A DNA stretch of 44,576 nucleotides from Candidatus Nealsonbacteria bacterium (GTDB lineage Bacteria > Patescibacteriota > Minisyncoccia > Minisyncoccales > MHMH01). This document shows, in pieces, positions 43,873 to 44,576 of this stretch. Numbering within the stretch: position 1 is the stretch's first letter; each line of letters begins with the position of its first letter. A model generated the notes under the pieces. The model saw nothing but the letters and a program-made list of their open reading frames with translations. It did not search any database and had not been told where the DNA came from. The stretch is taken from contig JACOYH010000002.1 of the NCBI GenBank assembly GCA_016181965.1, positions 1-44,576 of the forward strand, written 5' to 3'. The translations under genes and the position numbers were made by a program.

Positions 43873-44576
43873 CAAAGCCGCTCAAAGCCATTATATTAGC
43901 TGCCGGAGAGAGTTCTCGTTTTTGGCCGCTTAATAGAGAACACAAATCGCTCACTCAAATTGCGGGCCAACCTTTGATTGCCCATACTATTAAAAGTTTG
44001 GAAGAGAAGGGAATATGTCATACTGTAGTGATTCAAGGAGCGCATAAAGATATTGAAGAAGCGTTGGGCGAGCGGCAAGGCGTCAGTTATCTTGTTCAGC
44101 CGAAAGCCACGGGCATGGGCGATGCCATAGCCATGGCGCAAGGAGCAGAGGCATCTTTGGTTTTCAACGCGCATAGAGTTGATGCCGGCGGCGATAGCCA
44201 AAAGATAATGGAGAAAGCAGAAACAAGCGGGGCTGGATTAATATTGCAAGGCGCCGAAACCAATCAGCCACAGCTCTACGGGATAGCGGAATTTGAGGGC
44301 GACAGGGTGAAAGGCGTTGTTGAAAAGCCGGCGCCAGAAAACGCGCCTTCAAATGTGCGCGTTGTGGGGAGCTACTTGTTGCCGCCTGATTTTCCGGAAT
44401 ATCATAAAAAGGCGGCGGCAGGCCATTATAGCTTCGAAGAAGCGCTTAATCTTTATGTCAAAGAAAAAGACGCGCGGATAGTGATGGCTGGAACAAGCGG
44501 CCATTCTCTTAAATATCCTTGGCAATTGTTTGAGATCGTAAAATATCTTCTGGACGCAAATCTCAAGGGCCAAGAA
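43869..44576 (+). CDS. Sugar-phosphate nucleotidyltransferase (GlmU-like), runs off the window end
   Basis: Manual translation: MTKPLKAIILAAGESSRFWPL...QPKATGMGDA...YGIAE...VEKP...KYPWQL. ATGA coupling to yvcK. Confidence 0.88.
   Translation, partial: MTKPLKAIILAAGESSRFWPLNREHKSLTQIAGQPLIAHTIKSLEEKGICHTVVIQGAHKDIEEALGERQGVSYLVQPKATGMGDAIAMAQGAEASLVFNAHRVDAGGDSQKIMEKAETSGAGLILQGAETNQPQLYGIAEFEGDRVKGVVEKPAPENAPSNVRVVGSYLLPPDFPEYHKKAAAGHYSFEEALNLYVKEKDARIVMAGTSGHSLKYPWQLFEIVKYLLDANLKGQE

Noticed and set aside
1-44576. A complete DGR, prophage, transposon or defence system
   Set aside because: I recognised no reverse transcriptase, Avd, AAC-rich template repeat, integrase, transposase, phage structural gene or cas gene in this window.

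Overview
A gene-dense bacterial chromosome segment in genetic code 11 (TGA is used as stop). Gene content and very short intergenic gaps suggest Patescibacteria/CPR, Parcubacteria-like (inference). The backbone is housekeeping: uvrB, ruvA, murE, archease-rtcB-NIF3, elp3 head-to-head with a Trm9-like methyltransferase and tRNA-Arg(CCG), EndoQ, PolX, smpB-tmRNA-infC-rpmI-rplT, five aminoacyl-tRNA synthetases (argS, ileS, glyS, metG, leuS), recO, rsmI, tatD, and glmS-iorAB-yvcK-glmU-like. Three unusual layers sit on this backbone. (1) A ~1.05 kb module at the 3' end of tatD is bounded by a 17-bp direct repeat, with a second, diverged tatD C-terminus left downstream. It is lined by two copies of a 23-bp palindrome and carries one GC-rich gene that looks like an orphan diversity-generating-retroelement (DGR) target, with no RT, TR or integrase in the window. 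(2) Four single-gene accessory cassettes each have a -35 hexamer, an AGGAGG ribosome-binding site and a terminator, whereas many core genes look leaderless. (3) Several families of short REP-like palindromes occur, many inserted in frame in essential genes. Short indels in murE, argS and the DGR-like target may be assembly errors.
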